Source of the DNA: a virus
Lineage: Duplodnaviria; Caudoviricetes
IMG/VR virus record: IMGVR_UViG_3300027790_000040
Location: 1 to 44,356 of that record
Reading direction: 5' to 3' (one strand)
Length of the DNA stretch: 44,356 nt
Shown here: positions 10,501-17,626 of the stretch, one piece after another
How the letters are laid out: every line of letters starts with the position of its first letter
Numbering within the stretch: position 1 is the first letter of the stretch
Translations under genes and position numbers: made by a program
Notes under the pieces: model-generated
Seen by the model: only the letters and a program-made list of their open reading frames with translations
Database searches by the model: none
What the model was told of the DNA's origin: nothing

Positions 10501-10992
10501 CTTCTTGGCGCTCCGATGGCGCCAGATGTTCTCCAGCAGCGAGAGGTTCTCCGAGTCGTCCATCGCGATGCGCGCGAACTTCGGGTCCATCATCGCCCGC
10601 ATCAGCGTGCGGTTGCCCCCGCTGGCGCGGAGCGTGTTCCACTGGTGCTCCTGCCAGAGCGACCGCGCCCGCTCGATGTCGGCCTCGACCATCGCCTCGG
10701 GCACCGACAGGTCCAGGCTCAGGCGCTCGATCTCGCCCGCCATGTCGGGGTTGACCTTGGCGTTGACCCGCAGCGCGCGGACCATCGCACGGTCGCCCAT
10801 CCGCACGTTCTCCAGGTGCTGGTCGAGCACCGCGGTGATTCCTGGGTCGATCCCCTCCACCGGCGGCGCGTGCGGGCTGGTCATCACCTCCTCTGGCTCC
10901 TGCACCGCAGCGTTGAGGATGGCGTCGACGCCGGGGTCGATTTGGCCGACCTTGCGGCGGGGATCCTGGAACGGGACTTCGGCGGAACTCAT
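4558..10992 (-). CDS. Large internal virion/ejection protein (polyvalent; ART-PolyVal and HExxH domains)
   Basis: 2144 aa and last of the structural genes; contains FREWFGESKAVD..GKPLVVYHG...FFTDN...GHDGVIF...YVVFDP..QVKSVNNRGTFD and STVFHEMSHYF. Confidence 0.85.
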   Translation of the reverse strand: MSSAEVPFQDPRRKVGQIDPGVDAILNAAVQEPEEVMTSPHAPPVEGIDPGITAVLDQHLENVRMGDRAMVRALRVNAKVNPDMAGEIERLSLDLSVPEAMVEADIERARSLWQEHQWNTLRASGGNRTLMRAMMDPKFARIAMDDSENLSLLENIWRHRSAKKLEERQALLWDRVRSGEATDKDRAEIEDISRRMEELPANSDAGGFFESLVYGAVRMEAGMEQSIVESLTTGAALAGTALGLGQLGPQAAIPEELVSVPAMFGAGFFGQLAGSSARREGGAAYGQMIEMGVDHSRAKFWSGAVGVTNGLLETASAGVLTAPFRRAASRALTRKVAQQLLTRATTTGAAGRFAIEYAKGLGAEVATELAQEVSNVVGEELAIMEQRGVDPRELDLEGRAPMLDRLAEVTAETLRGMALLGLPGPALEASANLSRARAASQDQAWFENLGKAVDQSKTRPRSERTFRRFLEQVAGENGADRVYIDLGAFEARMEEAGLTEAHIRDLSPDAYKALREARETGTVEIPTADYVTTLGDFGRALIPDLRLQPDGVSGREAAPILQQADAEIEAVQQSIVEEAEVNDRIKVEADAVEARVVEQLQKAGQRPEVARAAARYYRHFVLRQSAERGMTPEQFQRELGLEFAPDSDIEGLDAEVLEQDTPEFREWFGESKAVDEAGKPLVVYHGRVDASGGLTEVEGGAMFFTDNPDTAAQYAETTTFRGKTKAPEGSQSVPVMLSLQNPLVVDLQGEHVGKVRTAKIREARKGGHDGVIFRDGEDTPQGADPFGSLPPNYGDVYVVFDPAKQVKSVNNRGTFDPASPNILMQPGEGASPFGRFMPDINTVFLSKDAATNPSTVFHEMSHYFMFALLDTVERGAASEQTVADVDTLLQWFGIEGEDAGARFANWSAMDIEAQRAHHESLARNFESYLFEGKAPTVGLERVFAKIRSWMLQVYRDVRDRLNAVYRSQFGVDLPGLTDEVRAVFDRMVASEDAVMLAEATRAMMPAFQTQEQFVAAGHSESEWARYQQAIEDAREEAVTELTAASLKQMQWLTNARSRALKDLQREHDAKRREVRAEVEAEVAGEDIYVATRLLQESKAEGKLNQEQVEGLLKGLDAKQREAAMAKLGAGRRGRKTMVSPSGASAEFLASALGYESGSALVRSLLAARPFKEEVEARTTKRMVQDHAELTTDDQVKEAVDRALHKQARARFLAAELRFLEGSQRPARVLLAAAKESARRILGGKPIRDIRPDRYSQAEARAARDARDAMKPAKDRKTGDPAAAVEAKRRQLLNNQLAKQAHKARQEVETIVRSFRDLNRSDAALARLGDPALLRAAQWVLSQYGLTTLPQTQKAADYLELVREYDPALFEVLEPDLREAQQQGKGLSDWKDLQLDQLRAIRETVDTLRFRARRDQQVDVDGKRVEVDAAVEELVEQLGELPAEVGGERGAISDSKRWGLRFLSSRANLTKAEHYLRHLDGGERGPFLRFIHDGVRHALDRYRADASTYVRRLVEDIADLRKRGHIPNEKIEAQELQYVFGDGRRTGMVELLGAMLHMGNESNRSKFLIAGRGQGFSWADWNEDGSPNFDRWDGFVQRMVDEGVLTVEHFDFLQRTWDLMEEILPQVQAAHREITGRFFKKVPHRAFEVQFPDGTRKTYSGGYVPAARDRDLLNVDRVEVTVEEMEAEFHRGLPKVSDGFTKSRVEGSTQRPLAMDVNMIASHIDETIRYSHVQPRVADVLRLLRRDELSGALRRLDRASIDGVILPYLQRAVKQSLYERGKDPTQDAFWKMIRRNTGIGIMFGNVVNTLQQLTGLSNAALYVPFRNLKHALYQHVRNGGLGEQIAQRSEFMDDRLNNQMMMLTADLRELLVDASPSARVQEWIGRRAYFMQAFMQNQVDVIVWWGAYEHSMEQNLSEADAIAAADSAVRLSQGSFNPEDVAPYEVNTPLARTWTQFTSYFNAVLNQVAFSNNRLKATALAFSLPMIAAQAIAMTLWQQWDDEDDDGHLDTLFNLIGYSQISGAFSMVPGYGPGLLGVIDQMVTDREFGSRVAASPAMVTLSRALIGFAQAGKAVVDDERDLSGRRVRDAMTAMVLLVPHAGIAAWAIRPASYLTDVAQGNVDPDGVVDLTLGVLSGRASPDSRK

Positions 10993-13391
10993 CGTGGGGG
11001 CCTGATGACCGCGCGCTCCATGCGCTTGACGTTCTCGGGGATCTCGCGAGACGGCCCGCGGTCAAACAGGCTGCCGATCCCGCCCTCGCCGCGGTCGATG
11101 TACCACTTCGAGCCAGGGGTCGACACCATCCGCTCCCACTGGTCAGCCCGGAACTGCGGCGATGGCGTGACGCCCGACATGCCGAGGGAATCCCAGAGGT
11201 CTTCGATGCGGGTCCGGGCCAGCCCCTTGCTTGTCCCAGCCTCCGCCATGATGGCCCGGATCGCCGCGTTCACCCGCTTCGCATCAGCCGAGGGTAGCTT
11301 GGTGAGCCGGTAGGCGTCGGCGATGACCGGAACAGCGTCTGGGTTGATGTCCGCGGACCGGAACTTGGATCCCACCGAGGACGTGTAGATGAACTGGTCC
11401 TCCTGCCCCTCCTGGTCCCGCTGCCAGGCGAACGCCTCGGCGTTGCCGAACGTGCCAGGCAGCTCGATGCGCTCCTGGGCCACCTCTTCCGCGATGGCGA
11501 GCATCTCCTCGGTCGAGAGCGGCTTGCCCTGCCGACCAGGCATCGAGTTCATCAGGTTCCAGCGGTTGAGCACCTCGTACCGGAAGTCGAAGAACAGGGG
11601 GCTCTCGTCCTCGTTGTCGGCCTGCGGAGTGCCGTCGGTCTTCTGGCCGGTGACGATCCCGTAGCGCCCGGCGATCCGCGCAATCTTGTCTTCGAGGCTC
11701 ACCAGGAGGTCGATCGGCTTGTTGGCGATCATCTTGTTGGCGTCGGCCCAGCGCGACTGCGCCTCGTGCCACTCGTTGGCCCCCAGGGCCGAGTAGTAGC
11801 GCACGAAGAGCTGGTCCTCGGTCATCTGCTTGAGCAGCCCGCGGGCGTCGTCCTGGATCAGTTGGCGGTAGACCGCGGGGTCGGTCACCCGCGACGTGAG
11901 CCCAGCCGCCAGGCGGCGCGCTTCGAGCAGCTTCCCCGAGCGCAGCAGGCGGTCCCGCAGCGGCTGCGGGAACGACGGGGAGTTCACATCCGTCACGAAC
12001 GGGTTGCCCGCGAAGAACCGCTCCGTCTCATCCAGCGCCGACGCCGCTTCGGCGGTCCGCTCCGACAGCAGGATGGCGTGCTGCTCGCGGACGTAGGACA
12101 TCGCCAGGTCCATCTCGCGGGCGCTGATGTCGCCGGCCTCGAAGCGCCGCCGCAGGTCGGCCGAAGCCCGCCCCAGCATGCTGTCGGTGGCGTCCTGCAC
12201 GCTCTGCCCGGCCGTCATCGAACGGCGCACCTCGCCCTCCCAGGCGACCGCCTTCTCGACCTTCTCGACCGGGACCTGGCCGATGCCCGCCTTCTTCCGC
12301 GCCTCCATCAGCTCCGCCATCACGTCGAGGTGCTGGTCGGGCTCGTCGACCCACTCGGTGATCGCCACCTGCAGCTCGGGGTCCGTCGCCGGCGAGGTTA
12401 GGTCGTTGAACAGCTCGATCCCCAGCGCCCGCGAGCGATCCGCCTCGGTGGCCAACTGCAGCCGGCGGGTCACCTTTACACGGTCCTCGGGCGTCAGCGC
12501 GTCGTCCCCGAGCTTCCCGAGGAACTCTCGCGCCTGCTTGGTCCGGTCCTGCTCCAGCAGCCCGCCGATGATCGCCGAATGCACCCGGGATTTGGTCTCC
12601 GCCACCATCAGATCCCGCACCGCCGCGGGCTGCCCGAGCAGCTCCGCCTCCTCGGCCGCCTGCTCCAGCGCGGTATCCAGGTGTCGGCGCCACATCTCCC
12701 GCTCCGCTTCGCCCTGCGCGGCGGAGGGCTGCCCAGGAGCGACGATCGCGTCCCCGGCCATGGTGACGGACCCCGCCGGGTTCTGGCGCCCCTCAGCGGC
12801 GTCCTGGGCCTGTGCGACCGCCTGGCCAGCCACCGCCAGTTCATTGGGGACTTCACCCCACAGCGCCGAGTCCACCGCGTCCCGCTCCGCCTGGGCCTGC
12901 ATCGCCCGGGTCTCCCCGAGGTGCCACACCCTGCGCTGGGTGGCCTCGTGCGAGTAGACCCGGCCCCGGATCTCCTGCAGCCGCTTCGCCGCCGCCTCGC
13001 GGAACATCCCGCGCGCCACCGGGGTCTTCAACCCGTCCTCGATGGTCTTCATCCGGGTCTCGATGTCGTCGAGCACCCGGGCGCGCTCCGCGCCGTTCTC
13101 CCCCGACGCCGCCTGCCCCACCTTGTGCAGGTAGCCGGTATCCGGGTTCTCCAGTAGCTCCGTGACGTGCTCGGCGAACCGCGTGTAGGCCTGCTTGGTC
13201 TGGGCCGAGTCATGCTCCAGGCGCATGACCGAGGCGATCTCCATGCCGACGGCGCCCGCCTGCTGGAGCGCGCCCCCGAGCTGCTGGAGCTGCTGCGGCG
13301 CCGCGTTGCCGCCCGTCACCGGGGCGACGCCCTGGGCCGGCTGGGACACCAGCGAGGTCTGCCCCTGCTGGGGAAGCGGAATGCGGATCAT
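10989..13391 (-). CDS. Internal virion protein
   Basis: 800 aa, helical and Q/A/G-rich at the N-terminus (QQLQQLGGALQQAG); lies between the small and large ejection proteins. Confidence 0.75.
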   Translation of the reverse strand: MIRIPLPQQGQTSLVSQPAQGVAPVTGGNAAPQQLQQLGGALQQAGAVGMEIASVMRLEHDSAQTKQAYTRFAEHVTELLENPDTGYLHKVGQAASGENGAERARVLDDIETRMKTIEDGLKTPVARGMFREAAAKRLQEIRGRVYSHEATQRRVWHLGETRAMQAQAERDAVDSALWGEVPNELAVAGQAVAQAQDAAEGRQNPAGSVTMAGDAIVAPGQPSAAQGEAEREMWRRHLDTALEQAAEEAELLGQPAAVRDLMVAETKSRVHSAIIGGLLEQDRTKQAREFLGKLGDDALTPEDRVKVTRRLQLATEADRSRALGIELFNDLTSPATDPELQVAITEWVDEPDQHLDVMAELMEARKKAGIGQVPVEKVEKAVAWEGEVRRSMTAGQSVQDATDSMLGRASADLRRRFEAGDISAREMDLAMSYVREQHAILLSERTAEAASALDETERFFAGNPFVTDVNSPSFPQPLRDRLLRSGKLLEARRLAAGLTSRVTDPAVYRQLIQDDARGLLKQMTEDQLFVRYYSALGANEWHEAQSRWADANKMIANKPIDLLVSLEDKIARIAGRYGIVTGQKTDGTPQADNEDESPLFFDFRYEVLNRWNLMNSMPGRQGKPLSTEEMLAIAEEVAQERIELPGTFGNAEAFAWQRDQEGQEDQFIYTSSVGSKFRSADINPDAVPVIADAYRLTKLPSADAKRVNAAIRAIMAEAGTSKGLARTRIEDLWDSLGMSGVTPSPQFRADQWERMVSTPGSKWYIDRGEGGIGSLFDRGPSREIPENVKRMERAVIRPPR

Positions 13392-14005
13392 CGGTCCCCC
13401 TGGGTGTAGCGCAGGTCAGCCCGCCGGCTGCGCGCGTAGGACTGCGCCACCCCCGAGACCCCCTGCAGCAGGCTCGTGGTCCCCGCCATCCACGGGTTGA
13501 TCGAGTTCGCGCCCAGCCGGATGTTCTGCGCGCTCGTGCCGGCCGCGATCGCCTGGTTCCTGGCGTTGACCGCGCCCATGCGCACGTTGTTCGCCGCGCG
13601 CATACCCGATGACGTGATCGACACCCGATCAGCCTGCCGGGAGAACTCGATCGACGCCTGCACCTCCGCCGCGGAGCCCACCCCCGACTCGATGCCGCCG
13701 GCCGCCAGCCGCGTCCGCGCCGCCTGGGCGATGGCCCGGTACTGCATCCCACTCCGCCCCGCCTGGCGCGCGGACTCCCGCAGGATCTGCTGGGCGTCGA
13801 ACTCCGCGGCGCGGGCGTTGATGTGCGCCATCGTCTGCTGGAACTCCAGCGCGAGCGCCTGGGACTTGGCCTGGTCCCGAGCCGCCTCGGCACCGTAGTA
13901 GGCGCCGATCGCCGCGGTGGCGACACCGGCGACCGCCGCTACCTGGCTGAGCGTGCCGAGCGACTGCGTGAAGCCTGAGTAGGACTGGTTGGGGACATCG
14001 ACCAT
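13388..14005 (-). CDS. Small internal virion protein (T7 gp14-like position)
   Basis: Hydrophobic A/G N-terminus, AIGAYYGA, RLAAGGIESGVGSAAEV; immediately after the nozzle. Confidence 0.8.
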   Translation of the reverse strand: MVDVPNQSYSGFTQSLGTLSQVAAVAGVATAAIGAYYGAEAARDQAKSQALALEFQQTMAHINARAAEFDAQQILRESARQAGRSGMQYRAIAQAARTRLAAGGIESGVGSAAEVQASIEFSRQADRVSITSSGMRAANNVRMGAVNARNQAIAAGTSAQNIRLGANSINPWMAGTTSLLQGVSGVAQSYARSRRADLRYTQGDR

Positions 14006-17000
14006 CTAGTTGCCTGTGGAGAACTCCAGGGTGAGGCCCACGATAGTCAACGGCAGGGGATCGTCCTGCACGATTGTGACCTGGCCGTCCAGATCCCAGC
14101 AGCCCGGCAGCGGCATCTCCTGGATGCCTGTCAGCAGCGAGCCCGCCGCCACCTGGTCCGATGCGCGCACCAGGGCACTGCCCAGCGGCCCGGCCTGGAA
14201 CGCACCCGACTCGAACACGCGGGCGAACACGTCGGTGATGTTCTTGGTCTTGCCAGACCCGAACCCATCCGCCTCGTAGTGCAGCGGCACCGTGTCGATC
14301 TGCGAAGTGAAGGGGAGGCCCACCGTGACCTTCGACGCCGCCGTCGGAAGCGTCACCTGCCCGCCAGACACCAGCGTCTCCCCAGACCGGCCGTCGGCGA
14401 GGTAGGACACAGTGAGCCCCTCCAAGTGTGAGAGTCCGCGGACCGTCGTCGTCGCCGCGCCGTCGTAGGTGATCGAGGCGTCCACATGCACCGCGTCGGT
14501 GATGTCGCTCGCGGGCGCCAGCCGGCCGGTGAACTGCTTCGCGAACCGCTCCACGTAGCGCACGCCGTTCCGCAGCACGACCACGTAGACCGCGTCCTCC
14601 AGCCCCTCGGGGATCGAAACCACCGACTCGAACGTGCCGTCGGTGACGTGCTGGCTCCAGGCGCCCACGCCCTCCTCGGGGATGTAGGTGAGCGACAGCA
14701 GTTTGCCGCTCGTCGAGACCGCCCAGATCATCGGGATGGGGGCCTTCTGGTAGGCCAGGTCCACCACGGCCAGGCCGTCGAACAGGTGCTGCGCCCGCAG
14801 CGACAGGTCCCCCGTCAGGTAGCCGAACGAGTCGCGGCTGTAGCCCAGCTCGCGCAGGTGCCCGCCGCGGGCCGCCGCAAAGACGACCGTGTTGTTTACC
14901 AGCGCCGGCTGGGGGTAGTCGCACCCGACGAACGACTGCGGGCGGATGCTGATGGACGTGGGCGTCAGCGCGTCGTCGTTGAGCGGCGACACCCGCAGCT
15001 CGGCCACGTCCGACATCAGGATGAGCTGCGACAGCGGGACCAGGTGGCGGATTTGCGCGCTCTCGCGGGCCGCGATGCGGAAGTAGATCCGGTCGCTGTC
15101 GACGATCGGGATGGAGTAGGTGAGCGCGGTCTCGGTGCCGCTGCTCGTCATCCACACGTCCTGCGGACGGACCCTGCCGCCGGCGAACACCCGGCGCTGC
15201 TCGAAGTAGGCCACCGCCGCGGGGAACGCTCCGCCCACGCCGAAGTGCTCGCCGCTGTCGGTGCCGGTGATGTTGACCGTCGCCGCGTCGGCCGGATCCT
15301 CCAGCAGGGCGAACGAGTTCTCCGAGGCGTCGGTCACGTAGTAGGTCTGCCACGGTTCCACGCCCGGCATGTCGCCGTTGGTGCGGAACGACACGGGCGT
15401 GCCGTTGGGAAGGTCGTGCCCCTCCCACATCACAACGTCGTTCGTCGAGTCGAAGGTGACCTGGGACTCGCGGCGCAGGGAGTCGTCGCGGATCGGCGGC
15501 GTGATGCTCTCATCCGGGCCGAGGTTCTCGTCCTCGAACTGCGTCGTCTCCGAGCTGCCGATGAAGCCGAAGACGTTGTTGACCTTCTTGTAGATCCGGT
15601 AGCGCACCGCGCCGAAGACCGCGCCCCACCCGATCGTGTTGCGGGCGCCGTTGATCGACAGGCGGCACTCCACCGTCAGCTCGTTGCTCGCCACCGACTC
15701 CTCGCCGTCGTCGGTGACCGACGTGACGACGTAGACCTCCTCGGTCTGGTTCACATCGGGCAGGAAGCGCACCGTGCCGTTGGTCGTCCAGGTGCCAGTG
15801 AAGTTGAGCGTCTCGCCGGTGCTGAACCGGCGGATGGCGAACAGGTTGTTCGAGCCGCCGAGCTGGTAGAGCGTGTAGAGGCCGTCGCCGAACAGGCCCC
15901 CCAGGCCGTTCTCGGTGATGCCCTCGATGACGATCGAGTCGCCTGGGAACAGGAAGTCGGCGATGTTGCCGTCGGTGATGAACTCCGACGGCGTCGGGCT
16001 CGTCTGCACGCCCGTGATCGTGTAGCCCTCGCCCTTGAAGTACTCGATCAGGAACGGTTGCTCTGGTGGTGGCACCTGGTCGCCGAACTGCACCTCGATC
16101 AGCTCCCACCGCGACGCAGACAGGCGTCGGAGTTCCGACACCGGGTGGTCCTGCGAGACGATCGTCAGCACGTCGTTGCTCTGCGTCGTCGCCAGCCGGA
16201 ACAGCTCGTCCTCGGCGTAGGAGTGCGGCACCTCGTAGATCGGGTTGCCCCGCACGATGACCGCGGCGCCCGTCGTCGTGATGTCGATGACGGCGCCGTA
16301 GGGCGTGGCCGAGAGGCTGATGGCGTTGACCCCGAACTCGCGGACGTAGTAGACCGTGCCGAACGTGAGCCCGCCCGGCGCGGCCGTGCCGCTGAGGATG
16401 ACAGGGTCGCCCTCTTCGAGCCCGTGCGCAGCGCCGAAGCCCAGCGAGTCGAGCGTCGTGTTGACCGTCGAGACCGACAGCACCGAGGTGGGCATCTCAT
16501 ACCAGAAGTCGGCGGTCGTCGTCGCGTGCCCGAGGTGGTCGTTCAGAAAGGCGTAGTTGAAGCCGTAGGGCAGCGGAGCCGAGCACCAGGGCGTCCGCAT
16601 GCAGTAGTAGTCGCCCGTCCCAGAGCCGCCGCCGACGCCGTCGACCAGGTCGCCCTGGCGGTAGCCGTAGTGGACCCGGAGGTCGACCCCGCCGTCGTAG
16701 TCGAAGGTGATGTAGTCGTCCTCAAGCGCCGCCGAGACCGTGCGCGCCACGCGGAACCGCGTCGGGCTCACCTCCTCCACCGCGTAGTAGACGGTGTTGG
16801 CTGCGAACGGCAGGCCGTCGTTGGCCGGCGGCATCGCCGCCACCCGGATCGGGTTGGTCAGCGTCGCCGCAGCGTTGACGCCCTTCACAGCGTCGCCCTT
16901 GTAGGTGCGGCTGAACGTGTACTCGACCGTGCAGGTGCCGCCCCAGGTGCCAGTCAGCAGCGTCGACGACTTGGTCCAGTAGAGCCGCTCCTCCTCGATG

Positions 17001-17626
17001 CCCTCGGGCAGCTCGCCGGGCGTGCCCGCGGTGTCGGCCTTGAGGCAGAACTGCTGCGGGATGTGCTCGGAGGCAGACGTGCCCATGCCCGCGCCGCTCG
17101 CGCCCCACGAGATGACGAACGTCTGGTCGACCGTCTCACCGAGCGACGGCATCGAGGTCATCGTCGCCGAGCTGGGGTCGTTCGGGTAGATCGTGAAGAC
17201 GATCGGCTCGCCGGTGGTGAACCCGTGCGCCGAGCCTGTGGCGAAGTCATTGAGGAGCCCCGCGCTCGGCGTCGCCGCCTGCGGCCCGCGGTAGATGTCT
17301 GGTACCGCATACAGGAGCGTGGCGCCGTCGACGTGGAACCGGAAGTGCCCCAGCGCCTCGGAGTCGTTGCGGCTCACCTCGACGACCACCGACTGGTCGG
17401 CCGAGAACTTGAACGGCAGCAGCCGCGAGGTCGCGTCCGAGTCGCGCGTCGCGCGGACGATCTGCGTCCCTGGGCGGCGCATGACCGAGCCCTGCGGCTT
17501 GCAGACCATGTTGAGGATCTTGGCCGCGCCGTTCTGCACCCGCGCGTCGTCTACCCGCGAGTACATGTACTCCGAGACCTCGCCGCCGGCAAAGGACCGC
17601 TGCAGTCGTCGGTTGTTGTAGCTCAT
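14006..17626 (-). CDS. Tail tubular protein B (nozzle) with inserted beta modules
   Basis: LQRSFAGGEVS...RVD, NMVCKPQGSVMRRPGT, FPAAVAYFEQRRVFAG, AWSQHVTDG and QDDPLPLTIV; 1206 aa. Confidence 0.9.
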   Translation of the reverse strand: MSYNNRRLQRSFAGGEVSEYMYSRVDDARVQNGAAKILNMVCKPQGSVMRRPGTQIVRATRDSDATSRLLPFKFSADQSVVVEVSRNDSEALGHFRFHVDGATLLYAVPDIYRGPQAATPSAGLLNDFATGSAHGFTTGEPIVFTIYPNDPSSATMTSMPSLGETVDQTFVISWGASGAGMGTSASEHIPQQFCLKADTAGTPGELPEGIEEERLYWTKSSTLLTGTWGGTCTVEYTFSRTYKGDAVKGVNAAATLTNPIRVAAMPPANDGLPFAANTVYYAVEEVSPTRFRVARTVSAALEDDYITFDYDGGVDLRVHYGYRQGDLVDGVGGGSGTGDYYCMRTPWCSAPLPYGFNYAFLNDHLGHATTTADFWYEMPTSVLSVSTVNTTLDSLGFGAAHGLEEGDPVILSGTAAPGGLTFGTVYYVREFGVNAISLSATPYGAVIDITTTGAAVIVRGNPIYEVPHSYAEDELFRLATTQSNDVLTIVSQDHPVSELRRLSASRWELIEVQFGDQVPPPEQPFLIEYFKGEGYTITGVQTSPTPSEFITDGNIADFLFPGDSIVIEGITENGLGGLFGDGLYTLYQLGGSNNLFAIRRFSTGETLNFTGTWTTNGTVRFLPDVNQTEEVYVVTSVTDDGEESVASNELTVECRLSINGARNTIGWGAVFGAVRYRIYKKVNNVFGFIGSSETTQFEDENLGPDESITPPIRDDSLRRESQVTFDSTNDVVMWEGHDLPNGTPVSFRTNGDMPGVEPWQTYYVTDASENSFALLEDPADAATVNITGTDSGEHFGVGGAFPAAVAYFEQRRVFAGGRVRPQDVWMTSSGTETALTYSIPIVDSDRIYFRIAARESAQIRHLVPLSQLILMSDVAELRVSPLNDDALTPTSISIRPQSFVGCDYPQPALVNNTVVFAAARGGHLRELGYSRDSFGYLTGDLSLRAQHLFDGLAVVDLAYQKAPIPMIWAVSTSGKLLSLTYIPEEGVGAWSQHVTDGTFESVVSIPEGLEDAVYVVVLRNGVRYVERFAKQFTGRLAPASDITDAVHVDASITYDGAATTTVRGLSHLEGLTVSYLADGRSGETLVSGGQVTLPTAASKVTVGLPFTSQIDTVPLHYEADGFGSGKTKNITDVFARVFESGAFQAGPLGSALVRASDQVAAGSLLTGIQEMPLPGCWDLDGQVTIVQDDPLPLTIVGLTLEFSTGN

